Assembly (NCBI RefSeq): GCF_011386835.1
Contig: NC_088807.1
Span: 20,398,001-20,462,000, forward strand
Length of the DNA stretch: 64,000 nt
Source: Chrysemys picta bellii
Taxonomy: Eukaryota
Direction: 5' to 3'
In this document: positions 1-11,611 of the stretch, in pieces
How positions within the stretch are numbered: position 1 is the stretch's first letter
How the letters are laid out: the number at the start of each line of letters is the position of its first letter
The notes under the pieces: model-generated
Database searches by the model: none
What the model was told of the DNA's origin: nothing
The model's input: the letters and a program-made list of their open reading frames with translations, nothing else
Made by a program: the position numbers and the translations under genes

Positions 1-265
1 CTGGGAAAGGCCCCCCTGCTCTGCAGCTCCCCCTCTGGGCAGGGATCCCCCCTTCCTCTGACCCATATCTCCAGTGGCTGCTGCTCCCCCCTGGCTGGGG
101 AACTCCCCCAGTGACTCCGTCCCCACTCCCCGGCTGGGCGTCCCCTCTGCTGGTCCCAGGGATCAGGGCAGAGCCTGGCTCTGAGCATCCTATCGGTGCA
201 GAGACCCCGTGAGGGTCTAGCTGAGTGTGGGGCTGGGAGCCGGGACACTGAGCCAGGCCCCGCAC

Positions 266-3200
266 CTGCTACAATGATCTCGACGGGGTCGCTGCGATAC
301 GACCAGCGACTCTGATCCGTTATGGAGCGATATTCACAGGTGTAATTCCCTCCATCTTTCCGGCTGACATTGGCGATGGGAAATTCAGCCACTGTCCCAT
401 CAGGCACCGACCGCACCTGCCGGTTCGGGTGTCCAGCTTTACGCAGAAAGAACTCCATGGATCGTTGCCGACCCTCACACCGGATGGTGACGTTTCCCCC
501 GAGCGCCATCACCCTGCTGGGGCTCACCGAGATGGTGGGTTTGAGAAATTCACGCCCTGCTTTCGACAAGAGACAGGAGTTAAACAGAGGAGACACAGCC
601 CCCGCCTCCCCCCACCCCAATTCAGTCCATCCGTCATTCGGCCTCTCTAGGAGTCTGTCCCCTACCAGGGTTGGCACTGCCTGCCCATGGGGCTCGGGGG
701 CAGGGGGATGACCCAGACGTCGCTCAGGACCCGGCTGCATGAGAGATCACCTGCCCCCCCCCCCCCCCCCCCCCGGCCCCACCTGAGGCCAGCCAGGGAG
801 CCTGACCAGTGGGCCCCCTGCAGCTCTGCCCCCCACCCCGGAGTTGGAAATAGAGTCTATGACCGGCGGAAGTCACACAAGACCCACCTTTCCCCAGGCC
901 TTGGGAACGGGGGGGGGAGGGACTTTGAGTGCAGGGGAGGGCGCTGTTGGGGGTGGATCTGGGGGCGGATCTGGGGGGTTCTCCCCACAGCTGCACTGAC
1001 CGGGAACGTTTCAGTTACCCCGGAGCCCCGGGCAAGCAAGACGGGGGAAGCCCCAGCACCCCGATCCTGGTGCCCCACAGAAGCACGGGGGCCGGGGGGG
1101 CAGGGGAAGCCTTAGCACCAGGACCTCCGCTGCGGCCCCTGACGGGAAGAGCTCTTGCTACCCGCTGCACCCCGGGTCTGAGGTGCGGGGACAGAGCTCC
1201 TCCGGTCTTGGGGCCGCAGTGGGTGGAGGCAGAAAGTAGCAAATAAGTTGTGGGGCTGTAGTGGGGGGACGGAATGGGGTGGGGCCATGGGTGGAATGGG
1301 GCAGTGCCCCGGGGAAGAGGCAGAAAGGGGTGGGGCTATGCGTGGAATGGGGCGGGGCCCCGGGGAACGGGCAGAAAGGGGTGGAGTCATAGGCGAGGCC
1401 GCAGGCTGAGGAGGCAGAACAGGAGAGGGACGCAGGTGGAAGGGGGAGAGGGATCCCCCTTGCTCTGGACCAGGGTCCCAGGAAACCTTAATCCACCTCT
1501 GCCCGTGACTCAGCATCGATCGTTACTGTCAGTCCCGGGGTGGGGGGTTTGTGGCTGGGGACGGTGCCGGCTCGGCAGCCCCTGGGCCCTGACTCCTCTG
1601 TGAGTCCCCAGTGCAAGGGCAGCTGGGGGACCATCCCCTGGGAAAGGCCCCTGCTCTGCAGTTCCCCCCAGGGGCAAATCCAGGGGCCCCCCCAGCAGAT
1701 TCTCTCCCAGATCCCAGAGTCCCCCTGATGGAGAATCCGGGCCCTGTGAACTGGGCTCCCAGCCCCACAGACACAGAGCCACGGCTGATAGTTCTTGGGG
1801 TCCTCACATGCTGTCGTGGTCCCTGCCTCATTCCGCCCACCCCACCCCCCACCCTGAGTACAGAGCGACTCACGGGCTGGTTGGTGGTGCCCGGCACTGC
1901 AGGGCCTGAGCCCCACACAGCCTGGCTGGGGAACCCCCCAGTGACTCCGTCCCCGCTCCCCGGCCGGGCGTCCCCTCTGTGGGGTCAGGGCTCAGGACAG
2001 AGCCTGGTTCTGAGCGTCCCATTGGCACCGAGCCCCCGTGAGGGTCTGGCTGGGGGTGGGGCTGGGAACGGGGACACCGAGCCGGGCTCCTCACCTCTCA
2101 CCACCAGCTCCACGGGGTCGCTGGGGTACGACACAGCGAATGGCTCTGATCTGCTGTGATAGGAGCAGCTGTAGCTCCCGCCGTCCTCCCGGCGCACGTT
2201 GCTGATGGGAAACACAGCCTCAAACCTGTCCGAATCCACAGGTGGGAAATGGCGGCCCTCTTTATTCAGCACGAACCGCACGCCCCGGCGCTGCCCCCGA
2301 CACCAGACGCTCACGGCTCCCCCAACGGTGACCCCCCCGCTGGGGCTGAGGGAGATGGAGGGTTTGGGGTAGCTGACCTCTGCAGTGGGAGGGAGACAGG
2401 CCATGAGACATAGGCCCTGTCACTCAGCAGAGGGGCAGAGATCCAGGGCACCAAAGAACCACGGGGACGAGTGTGACGAAGTGGGGGGTTTTCTTGTTTT
2501 CTGTAGAGTTTCAATGGTTTGCATGCGGAGGGGGTGGGACTCAGTTTCCCTGGGTGTTACTGGTTTAACGAGGTGAGGGGAGAGGGAGTGTGTTTTGCAG
2601 AGGACCAGAGAGAGGACTTGGGGACCGAGCCGATGGCTGGGAGGATGGATACTCCAGCGACCGGTGACCTGGCAGCCTGGTGACCCAGAGGCCCAGCTGA
2701 GGAGACGCAGCCGGTTCTGGCCAGTGGGCGGACAATGGGCTGCAGAGTGAGGACCCAGTGACCTAACCAACCGATTCCAGCCAGAGGACAGAAGCGAGGA
2801 GAGGAGACCCCGGTTTACCACACTGTTTACCTGGAGAGAAGACAATGGACAGAGGCGGGGCCTGGGCCCGGTGATATCAGATGCCCAGCTGGGAGCAGGG
2901 GGGCTCTGGGCTGGAGAGGGGGATCAGGCAGAACCCACCTGGATGCAGGGAGACTGGGGTGTGCTGGGCTGAGGGACGCCAGGCCTGAGGCCCTGAGAGT
3001 TTCCTGTGCTGTGTTCAACTCTCAATAAACCCTCCTGTTTTACGCTGGCTGAGAGTCACTCTGGGCTAGAGAACAGGGTTGCATCAACCCCTTTGGGGGT
3101 GGAGGCCCCAGGGGTCCAGAGCAAGTGGACTCCCTGAGGGGGCCCACGGCGAGAAACAGGTGTGCTAGGGCTCCGAGAGGTGCAGCTCCAGGAGGTGGAG

Positions 3201-4636
3201 GGGCCTGACCCCGAAAAAGAGTGGACCCCCGAGAAGGGCTGTCTCACTGAAAGGGGCACCCCCCCACGGACCGCACGGGGCCAAGCGTAGGCACAATCTG
3301 TGAGTCTGTGACGAGATATCCCCCCTCCACCCAACCCTCACTGGTTGGGCTGGACATCCCATCTGCTGGGCACCAGGGCTCACAAAGACCCCCTGGGGGT
3401 CTGGCTGAGTGTGGGGCTGGGAGCCAAGATGCCAGACTGGGCTCCTCACCTGCTACAATGATCTGCACAGGGTCACTGGGCTCCGAGTAGGCAGCTGGTC
3501 CTGTTCTGTGGCTATAACGACAGGTGTAGTTTCCGCCCTGTTCCCGTCTGGCGCTGGTGATGGGAAATTCAGCCTCAGAGCCAGCAGGGTCTGTGTAAGT
3601 CAGATGGTTCTCATCTTCATCCTTGTAGAGGAGGAACCTCATGCCCAGGTGCTGATGCCGACACCGGATGGTGACGTTTCCCCCCACAGGGATCACCCCA
3701 CCGGGGCTGACGGAGATGGAGGGTTTGGGGTAGGACCCTTCTGGATTCACAAACAAACAGGCAGTAAGTGGGGGTGACACAAATCGTGTCCATCTGATTC
3801 AACCCTCTGCCCATCTGTCGCTCCAGCATTTTTTCCCCGCCCCTCCCTGGGGTGCAGGCTCGGCCCCGCGGCTCACAGCCAGGGTGAGACACAGGACAGG
3901 GAGAGGAGATTTCCAATCTCAGATTCCTTTAGTTATCCAGGGTCAATTCAGCCCTGCCCCCGCTGCAGTCAGGGATGACTCCAGATTGACCCCAAAGAGA
4001 TGTGATCAGAACCTGTCCCTGCCCCCAGTGCACTCAGGGGCGACTCTGGATTGTGCCTGGGGAACTGAGATCAGAACCCAACCCTGCCCCCATCACAGTC
4101 AGGCGGTGAATTGGGATCTACCCTGGGGGGTTCCTGGTCCAAATTTGGCTCATTTGAGCAAGTGGATCCCAGGACAGGACCCCCAAGAAAACATGTTTAC
4201 AAAATCCCCTAGTTGTTCTAATAGGTTCCCATCCCTGTAATGAGTGGGGCGAGGTCCCAGTCCCTACCTCTGGGTGTGGGAGGGAGCACATGTCTGACAG
4301 GATCATCCCTCTGGGGGATTGGCGCCCCTCACCCACATCCCTTCTCCTTAATGCGGAAATTCCCCCAGCTGCCCCATTCCCCACAGATACTCACGTCCCA
4401 ACTCCCGGCTCCGCCCGGCCAGCCAGAAGCCTGGAGAGGAGACGGCTCGTTAGAGAGCAGATCCCAGAGCAACTGGATCCTACACCCTGGTCTCAGATCC
4501 TCCCCCACACCCCCCCCCACCCCCCATGGACACACACCCTGGTCTCAGATCTCCCACACACACACACAATTGGCTGTCTCCAATACTCACTTAGGAGGAG
4601 GACGAGAGCAGACTCACTTATGAGAGCAGACGCCAT
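266..4636 (-). CDS. LILR/OSCAR/GP6-like Ig-superfamily receptor gene A, 5' part (continues past the left edge). Exons 4636-4591 (signal peptide 1), 4430-4395 (36-bp signal mini-exon), 3740-3450 (Ig D1), 2379-2095 (Ig D2), 556-266 (Ig D3)
   Basis: All junctions are GT-AG and phase 1, giving an open frame MASALISESALVLLLSFWLAGRSRELGQGSYPKPSISVSP... Each Ig exon is 285-291 bp with (Y/L)xKP(S/T)ISxSP..GG.V...C...EFPI.....GG.Y(T/S)C.Y...SDPV. A split signal peptide with a 36-bp second exon is typical of LRC receptors. Confidence 0.9.
2472..3310 (+). mobile_element. Solo LTR, family A (Gypsy-type), in the gene A intron between D1 and D2
   Basis: Starts TGTGACGAAG, has internal AATAAA near 3024, ends ...GAGTCTGTG (last 3 nt eroded), flanked by ACGAG/ACGAG. 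Homologous to 8351-9001, 14323-14850 and 19559-20398. Confidence 0.85.
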
Positions 4637-5356
4637 GACGGGGCAGTGGGGGGCCCCTTAGCGCTGCCACCAACACCCCGGTGCCCAGCTCCACCGAGCC
4701 TGAGGCCCGAGTGCGAGCGGAATGAGGAACTGCGCTGGGGGCTGCAGCCCCAGGAAGCCCATGATGCGCTCGGCCCCTTTCTTCATATGGTTTCTCTGCA
4801 ATTTCCAGACCAAATCTACTGCGGTCAGAGCAATACCAGCTCCCTGCAATGCCGAGCAAACCACATCCCCTCCTGCAGCTGCCTGGTCCCCTCCCCCCAC
4901 CATCACCTCCCAGCCCCACATGGGAGCTGCCCAGTTCAGGGACCAGCTGGGAACAGGGGGAATCTCAGGAGGCGTCAAGAGGTGCCCAGGCTCAGGCTGT
5001 CCTGACCTTTTCCAACAGGCCCGTCTAGCCTCCCTGGAGCAGCAGCTCAGAGCAGAGGAGGGCTCCCACTACACACACACACAGTGCCCCCCACAGAGCG
5101 ACCCTCTCCCATGGAGCAGGGCAGAGATTCCTTCCTGACCCGGCTGGGCCCAGTGCCCACCATGGAGCATGAGGGTGGAAGGGCCTGGACAACCTCCTTC
5201 TCAGGTAGTGTCGCTGCAGACACTATTCTTAGCCAAGTGATGTGGCAGAGAGACAGAAGACGGGGGTGGGGATTGTGGTTTCTAGCCCCCATGAGTGGGG
5301 GAGGGAGGGATAAATGTAGATCCTGAGTTGTTAAAGGAGCAGCGGATAAATCCATG

Positions 5357-5423
5357 AAAGGGGAAGTCTGCCCAGAGCTGGCGCTCGCTTCCTGTTTCTG
5401 CTACTGCCAGTGAAATTGCGTAA
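5357..5423. promoter_or_regulatory. Candidate myeloid enhancer upstream of gene A (PU.1 + IRF-ETS + C/EBP motifs)
   Basis: AAAGGGGAAGT at 5357-5367, CTTCCTGTTTC (GAAACAGGAAG on minus) at 5388-5398 and ATTGCGTAA at 5415-5423, about 0.75 kb upstream of the ATG. Motif match only. Confidence 0.45.
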
Positions 5424-6529
5424 ACCTGATGCCCGGCACCTACCCTGTTATATACCCTGGCTCTGGTGGGGGTGAGGGGGCAATGATTGGGGGGCATGGA
5501 TGGCTGGGAGCCAGGACTCCTGGGTTCTCTCCCTGGCTCTGGTTGGGGGGTGGAGTCTGGTGCTTAGAGAAAAGGACACAGATTATAGCCAGCCCCCTAG
5601 AAGTGAAAGGCCCCGTGTCCCATCCCCGGGGCAGTGGATCTGCGCAGCTCAGGGCTCTGGGCAGAGCTCACAGGAGTCGACGCCTGAGCCGAGTTTCCCT
5701 CTCTGACCTCAGGATGCTGCGAAAGGGACATGAGGGGAGGGGGTGTGATGGGTTCTGTCACCGAGTGTGGGGGGACACAAGGCCCTGCACCCCCGGCTTC
5801 CTGCGATTCACCATGACTCTCAGCCAGCCAGTAAAGCAGAAGGTTTATTTAGACGACAGGAACACAGTCCAAGACAGGTCTTGCAGGCACAGACAACAGG
5901 ACCCCCCCAGTTAGGTCCATCTTGGGGTCCCGGGGCACCACAGCCCCATTGGGGGGCAGACCCCCGTCTGGGTTCCCTCCATTACCAGCCAGCTCCTGAA
6001 ACTCTCCCTCCCTCCAGCATCTCTCACCCAGCCTCCCCCAGCTCCTCCCCCAGCCTTTGTCCAGTTTCCTGGGCAGAGGTGTCACCTGGCCCCAGCCCGC
6101 TCCTGGGTTCTCCCATTATGTGCTCCTGTATTTCCCCTCAAGGCCAGTCTCCCATCCCACAATGCAGACCGTCCTAGCCACACTCCCCACTCAGCATTCA
6201 AAGACCACATTAAGAACAGTCCCAGTTCGTCACATCTCTCCCCCCTTTGAGACCGAACTGAGCGGGGTCACTTCAGCCAGTGACCTGGGGAAGTTCGAAC
6301 CTACCCCCGTTCCTGTGGATGCCCCAGCATCCCTCCCATTCCTTGGTGAGAATTACACCAGACCCCTCCAGTTTCACGCCCCCCCTTAGGTCGGGTGTGC
6401 TCGATGGCACTCGTAGTTCACCTGTGGGAAGGTTTATGCGGCCCGTGCCCTTTTCCCACCCCAATACCCCTGGGGTTCCAACTGGGCTGGGGTCTTCTCC
6501 CAGCGTTCCAGTCTGGAGGTCTGTGATTC

Positions 6530-9500
6530 GGGCTCTCTTGGTTCAGAGCCGCCCTTTTGACCTTGGGCACCCTCTGGAAAGGCTCCTCTATGATGGGCCA
6601 GGGTCCTAAAGCCGTTTTCCCCTTGTCCCGGGCCTTCCTCCCGCTCTGACAGGGGTCACAGGATCGGCAGTACTGTCGGACAGTAACAAAGACCCCAGGC
6701 CAGTAAAAGTTTCATAGCAGCCTCTGCTGGGTACGCCAGGTTCCCTGGTGCCCTGAGAGGGGAATGTCATGGGACCTGTACAGCAGCTGGCGGCGATACT
6801 TCTCGGGTACCACCAGCTGCCTCCTGATCCCCCCCGACTCCATTTTCCCTTGGGAAGCCCATTCTCGGTACAGGAACCCCTTCTCCCACAGGAACCTTTT
6901 CCGGCCACCTCCCTCCATGGTCTGTACCAATCTGAGGTTGGCCAGGTCCTTTATCTTCCGCAAGGAGGCATCTTTCTGTAACTCGGCCTGGAACTCAGCA
7001 GCTGGGACAGGGATGGCCACCTGCTCTCTCTCGCCGGCTGGGTCTGAAGCTGCAGCCTCCCTGAGCCATGTCCCTGGGCGTTCCCTCCCGACCAGGTTAG
7101 GTTCAAATGCCTCGGGCAAGGTACCCTCTCCGTTGTCAGGGCGCAGTGCCCCTCGCCAGCTCTGGCTATGGGTCACGACCAGGGCACCCTAGGGGTTGCT
7201 TGGCCAGTCCTCCAGGTCCCCCCCCCCATTAGCTCCTCAGTGGGCAAATGGTGGTGCACCCCCACGTTCTTGGGGCCTTCCTTGGCCCCCCACTTCAGAT
7301 GTACCCTCACCACAGGCACCTTGATGGAGTCCCACCCACCCCCGTCAGGGTTAGATATGTGTTGGGCACCACCTGATCTGGAGCTACCACCTCAGGCTGG
7401 GCCAGCATCACCTCTGCGCCCGTGTCCCAGTATCCATTGACCTTCCTCCCATCCACCTCCAGGCAAACAAGGCACTCGCTCCGCAGGGACCGCCCCACGT
7501 CCACCCTGTAAACGGAGAACCTGGTGTCTGGAGCATCCAGCCCCCCAGAGAAGCTGGCCTGGGGCCATCCTCCCTTCTGAGCCATTGGGAAGCTGTCAGC
7601 CCCCCTGGCCTGGGCCGTCTTCCCCTCGTCCGGCTGGGTCTCTACCCAGTCAACCCTCTGTGGGTTGGGTCTGCTCAGTCTGTCCCTGAGCTTGGGGCAC
7701 TGGGTCCGTATGTGGCCTCTCTGGCCACAGTAATAGCAGCCCATGTCCCGTGGGTCCCTCGAGCTGGTCGGTTGGTCCTGATGCTGGGTGTTCCCCTTGG
7801 AAGGGGATTCTCCATGTTTCCCCTTTGGGAGGTCCCAGAGTCACTCTCTTCCTGCATTGTGGCGGGCTTGTTCCTTTGGGACTCCTCCCTGTCATCCCCT
7901 GCCTGACAGTTCACAAACTCGTCGGCCAACTGGCCTGCGTGCTGCGGGTTCTCTGGTTTTTGGTCCATCAACCATCGCCTCAGGTCGGATGGGCACTGCT
8001 CATACACGTGCTCCAGTACGAATAGGTCTAGCAGGTCTTCTTTAGTTTGGGCCCCAGCTGTCCACTTGCAGGCATACCCCTGCGTCCGGTTGGCCAGTTG
8101 TAGGTATGTGACCTCACGGGTTTTACACTGACTCCGGAACCTTTTCCGATAGATCTCAGGGGTCAGCCCAACCTCGCAGAGCAGGGCATTTTTGAACAGT
8201 TCGTAGTCCCCTGTCTCCGCCCCTTTCAGTTGGCTATACACGTCCACGGCTGCGGAGTCCAGTGAGGGAATGAGAAACTGGAGCCTGTCTGCAGGGTCAA
8301 CCCGGTGCAGCTCACAGATATTCTCAAAGGCCGTCAGGAAGGTATCCATGTATGATGAAGTGGGGGGGTTTCTTGTTTTCTGTGGAGTTTCAATGGCAGC
8401 CGGTTCTGGCCAGTGGGCGGACAATGGGCTGCAGAGTGAGGACCCAGTGACCTAACCAGCCGATTCCAGCCAGAGGACAGAAGAGGGGAGAGGAGGCCCT
8501 GGTTTATGACCCTGTTTCCCTGAAGAGAAGATAATGGAAGGGGCGGGGCCTGGGGCCGGTAATCTCAGAGGCCCAGCTGGGAAGCAGGAGGGCTCTGGGC
8601 TGGAGAGGGGGAGCAGGCAGAGCCGACCAGGATGCAGAGAGACTGGGGTGTGCTGGGCTGAGGGAGGCCAGGCCTGAGGCCCTGAGAGCTTCCTGTGCTG
8701 TGTTCAACTCTCAATAAACCCTCCTGTTTTACGCTGGCTGAGAGTCACTCCGGTCTAGAGAACAGGGTGGCATCAATCCCTTCGGGGGTGGAGGCCCCGG
8801 GGATCCAGAGCGAGTGGACTCCCCGAGGGGGCCCACGGCGAGAAACAGGTGTGCTAAGGCTCCGAGAGGTGCAGCTCCAGGAGGTGGAGGGGCCTGAACC
8901 CGAGAGAGAGTGGACCCCCGAGAAGGGCTGTCTCACTAACAGGGGCACCCCCCACGGACTGCACGGGGCCAAGAGTGGGCACGATCTGTGAGTCCGTGAC
9001 ACCATGTCCTCCCCCTCCTTACGCTGGGCCAGGAAGCACTTATCAAAGCTCTTTGCAGTCTTGGGTCCCCCCTTGCTCACCGCAGCCAGGGGCTCGCTGC
9101 TCCTCAGCCCGGCCAGTTCCAGCTCATGCTGACGTTGGTCCTGCTCATGCTGATGTCATTTCTCCTTCTCTTCCCGCTCCTGCTTCAGTTCTTGCTTCCT
9201 TAACTCGAGCTCTTTCAGTCTCAGCTCCCTGTCATATTCCAGCTGCCTCTGTTCCAGGGATGGGAAGCTCCACCAGGATGATCCCCTGCTGGCCGCCGGG
9301 GTCAGGGTGCCCTCAGTGTTCGCTGGGCTTCCTCCAACCCCTCCCCTAAGTATAGGAAGGCAGGGTCTCGGGATGTCCTTGGCAGCAGTCTGACCCCTCC
9401 CAGCCATGTCAGGCCCTGGGACCCGCGCTGCATCCGCCGGGCGGCTTCCCTCAGGGACAGGCCTCGGTTCATCCAAGCGATCCCTCTCCTCCAGCTGGGC

Positions 9501-9590
9501 AATGAGCTGTTCTTTGGTGGACCTTCCAATGCGCAGCCCCCTCTGCCTGCACAGCTCCACCAGGTCGCTCTTGATGCATTTAGCATACAT
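6530..9590 (-). pseudogene. Disrupted gag-pro-int: N-terminal helical domain, coiled coil, SCAN-like capsid, CCHC knuckle, aspartic protease, integrase Zn domain; integrase core, RT and RNase H absent
   Basis: ATG at 9590 (MYAKCIKSDLVELC..); TGA at 9156; SCAN-like ORF 7675-8424; CYYCGQRGHIRTQC; YWDTGA; HDIPLSGH...CRSC then PIIEEPFQRV before truncation. Contains frameshifts, stops and an inserted LTR. Confidence 0.85.
8351..9001 (+). mobile_element. Solo LTR family A (internally deleted) inserted into gag
   Basis: TATGATGAAG..GTCCGTGACA with perfect TSD CCATG/CCATG. Removing it restores the gag reading EGEDM-DTFLTAFE. Confidence 0.9.
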
Positions 9591-11611
9591 CCTCCTGCTG
9601 GCCACTCACCGGCCTGCGCTCTCCACTTTCCACCGTTCCAGGGAGACCCCTAGTATGCCAGCCCTTCTTCAGGTCACCACCTTTCCGCCAGGGTCGAGCT
9701 GCAGACTCCTCCGCCCTTGGGACCGCTCACTGCGATCCCCCGGGGGACCCTGTTACTGCAAAAGTCCTTCTCTCTGGTCACACTCTCCCAGGGGTTAATC
9801 GCCCCCTGAACCGTCTCTCTCTGACTCTTCAGCATGCCTGGTCCCCGTCGATCCCCCTTCGTTTTACTGCTCCCCAGTCACTTACTGCAGGAAGCACCAT
9901 CCACGGGGTGCAGTACATCCCACCTTTGCCACCAGCTGTCACAGAGTGTGGGGGGACACAAGACCCTGCACCCCCGGCTTCCTGCGATTCACCATGACTC
10001 AGCCAGCCAGTAAAGCAGAAGGTTTATTTAGATGACCGGAACACAGTCCAAGACAGGTCTTGCAGGCACAGACAACAGGATCCCCCCCAGTTAGGTCCAT
10101 CTTGGGGTCCCAGGGGCACCACAGCCCCATTGGGGGGCAGAGCCCCGTCTGGGTTCCCTCCATTACCAGCCAGCTCCTGAAACTCTCCCCCTCCAGCGTC
10201 TCTCACCCAGCCTCCCCTGGCTCCTCGCCCAGCCTTTGTTCAGTTTCCTGGGCAGAGGTGTCACCTGGCTCCAACCCCCCTCCTGCGTTCTCACGTTACA
10301 TGCTCCTGTATCTCCCCTCAAGGCCAGTCTCCCATCCCCCAATGCAGACCATCCTAGCCACACTCCCCACTCAGCATTCAAAGACCACATTAAGAACAGT
10401 CCCAGTTCGTCACAGGTTGGATCACAGAAACCACTTGGGAGCTACCAACTGATGTGCCAAGACTACTTCTGCCCCTGCTTTCTTGCCCTGGCAGCTTGGG
10501 ACTTCAGTGCCCTGCCTGTTTTGAACCAGACCTGCTAGCCTGCTGCAAACACAGACCGAGGTCTGAACCACATCCCCTAACAGCTGTAGGCTTAAACTGA
10601 AAGCAGCTTAAGAAGTGTTCCTGTCTTTAACACTTAGATGCCCAACTCCCAATGGGGTCCAAACCCCAAATAAATCCATTTTACCCTGTATAACGCTTAT
10701 ACAGGGTAAACTCATAAATTGTTCGCCCTCTATAACACTGATAGAGAGATATGCACAGCTGTTTGCCCTCCCTGCCCCCGGTATTAATACATACTCTGGG
10801 TTAATTAATAAGTAAAAAGTGATTTTATTAAATACAGAAAGTAGGATTTAAGTGATTCCAAGTAGTGACAGACCGAACAAAGTGAATTACCAGGCAAAAT
10901 AAAATAAAAACAGTCTAAGCATAGTACAGTAATGAAACTGAATACAAATAAAATCTCTCCCTCAGAGATGTTTCTTTCACAGATTGGACACCTTCCTAGT
11001 CTGGGCACAATCCTTTCCCCTGATACAGCCCTTGTTCCAGTTCAGGTGGTAGCTAGGGGATTTCTCATGATGGCAGCCCCCTTTGTTCTGTTCCACCACT
11101 TACATAGCTTTTGCATAAGGCGGGAATCCTTTGTCCCTCTCTGGGTTCCCACCCCTCCTTCTCAATGGAAAAGCACCAGGTTAAAGATGGATTCCAGTTC
11201 AGGTGACATGATCACATGTCACTGTAAGACTTCATTACTCACTTGCTGGCACACAGGTATACAGGAAGACTTACAAATAAAACAGAGCCTTCTACAGTCA
11301 ATTGTCCTGGTTAATGGAAGTCATTAAGATTCCAAACCACCATTAATGGCCAACACTTTGCATAATTACAATAGGACCTCAGAGTTATATTTCATATTTC
11401 TAGTTTCAGATACAAGAGTGATACATTTATACGAATAGGATGATCACACTCAGTAGATTATAAGCTTTGTAATGATGCCTTACAAGAGAACTTTTGCATG
11501 AAGCATATTCCAGTTACATTATATTCATACTCATTAGCATATTTTTATAAAATCATATAGAGTGCAATGTCACAGGGGGAGCCAACCAGCCCCCCAGAAA
11601 GGGGAGAGGAC

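Larger units (their letters stand above)
5756..10414 (-). mobile_element. Gypsy (Gmr1-like) LTR retrotransposon, internally deleted and non-autonomous
   Basis: Paired LTRs at 9937-10414 and 5756-6234 (~478 bp, TG..CA, ~5% divergent by eye); TSD GGTTC/GGTTG. PBS TGGTGGCAAAGGTGGGAT at 9934-9917 (16/18 to tRNA-Leu 3' end). [17 protein letters not shown] directly before the 3' LTR. Confidence 0.92.
5744..11574 (-). mobile_element. Solo LTR, family D (~1.17 kb), interrupted by the Gypsy element at 5756-10414
   Basis: TGTGATG..(5744) resumes at 10415 and ends GTCACA at 11574; 5-bp TSD GGGGG/GGGGG. It is the reverse-complement homolog of 11612-12734. Confidence 0.8.
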
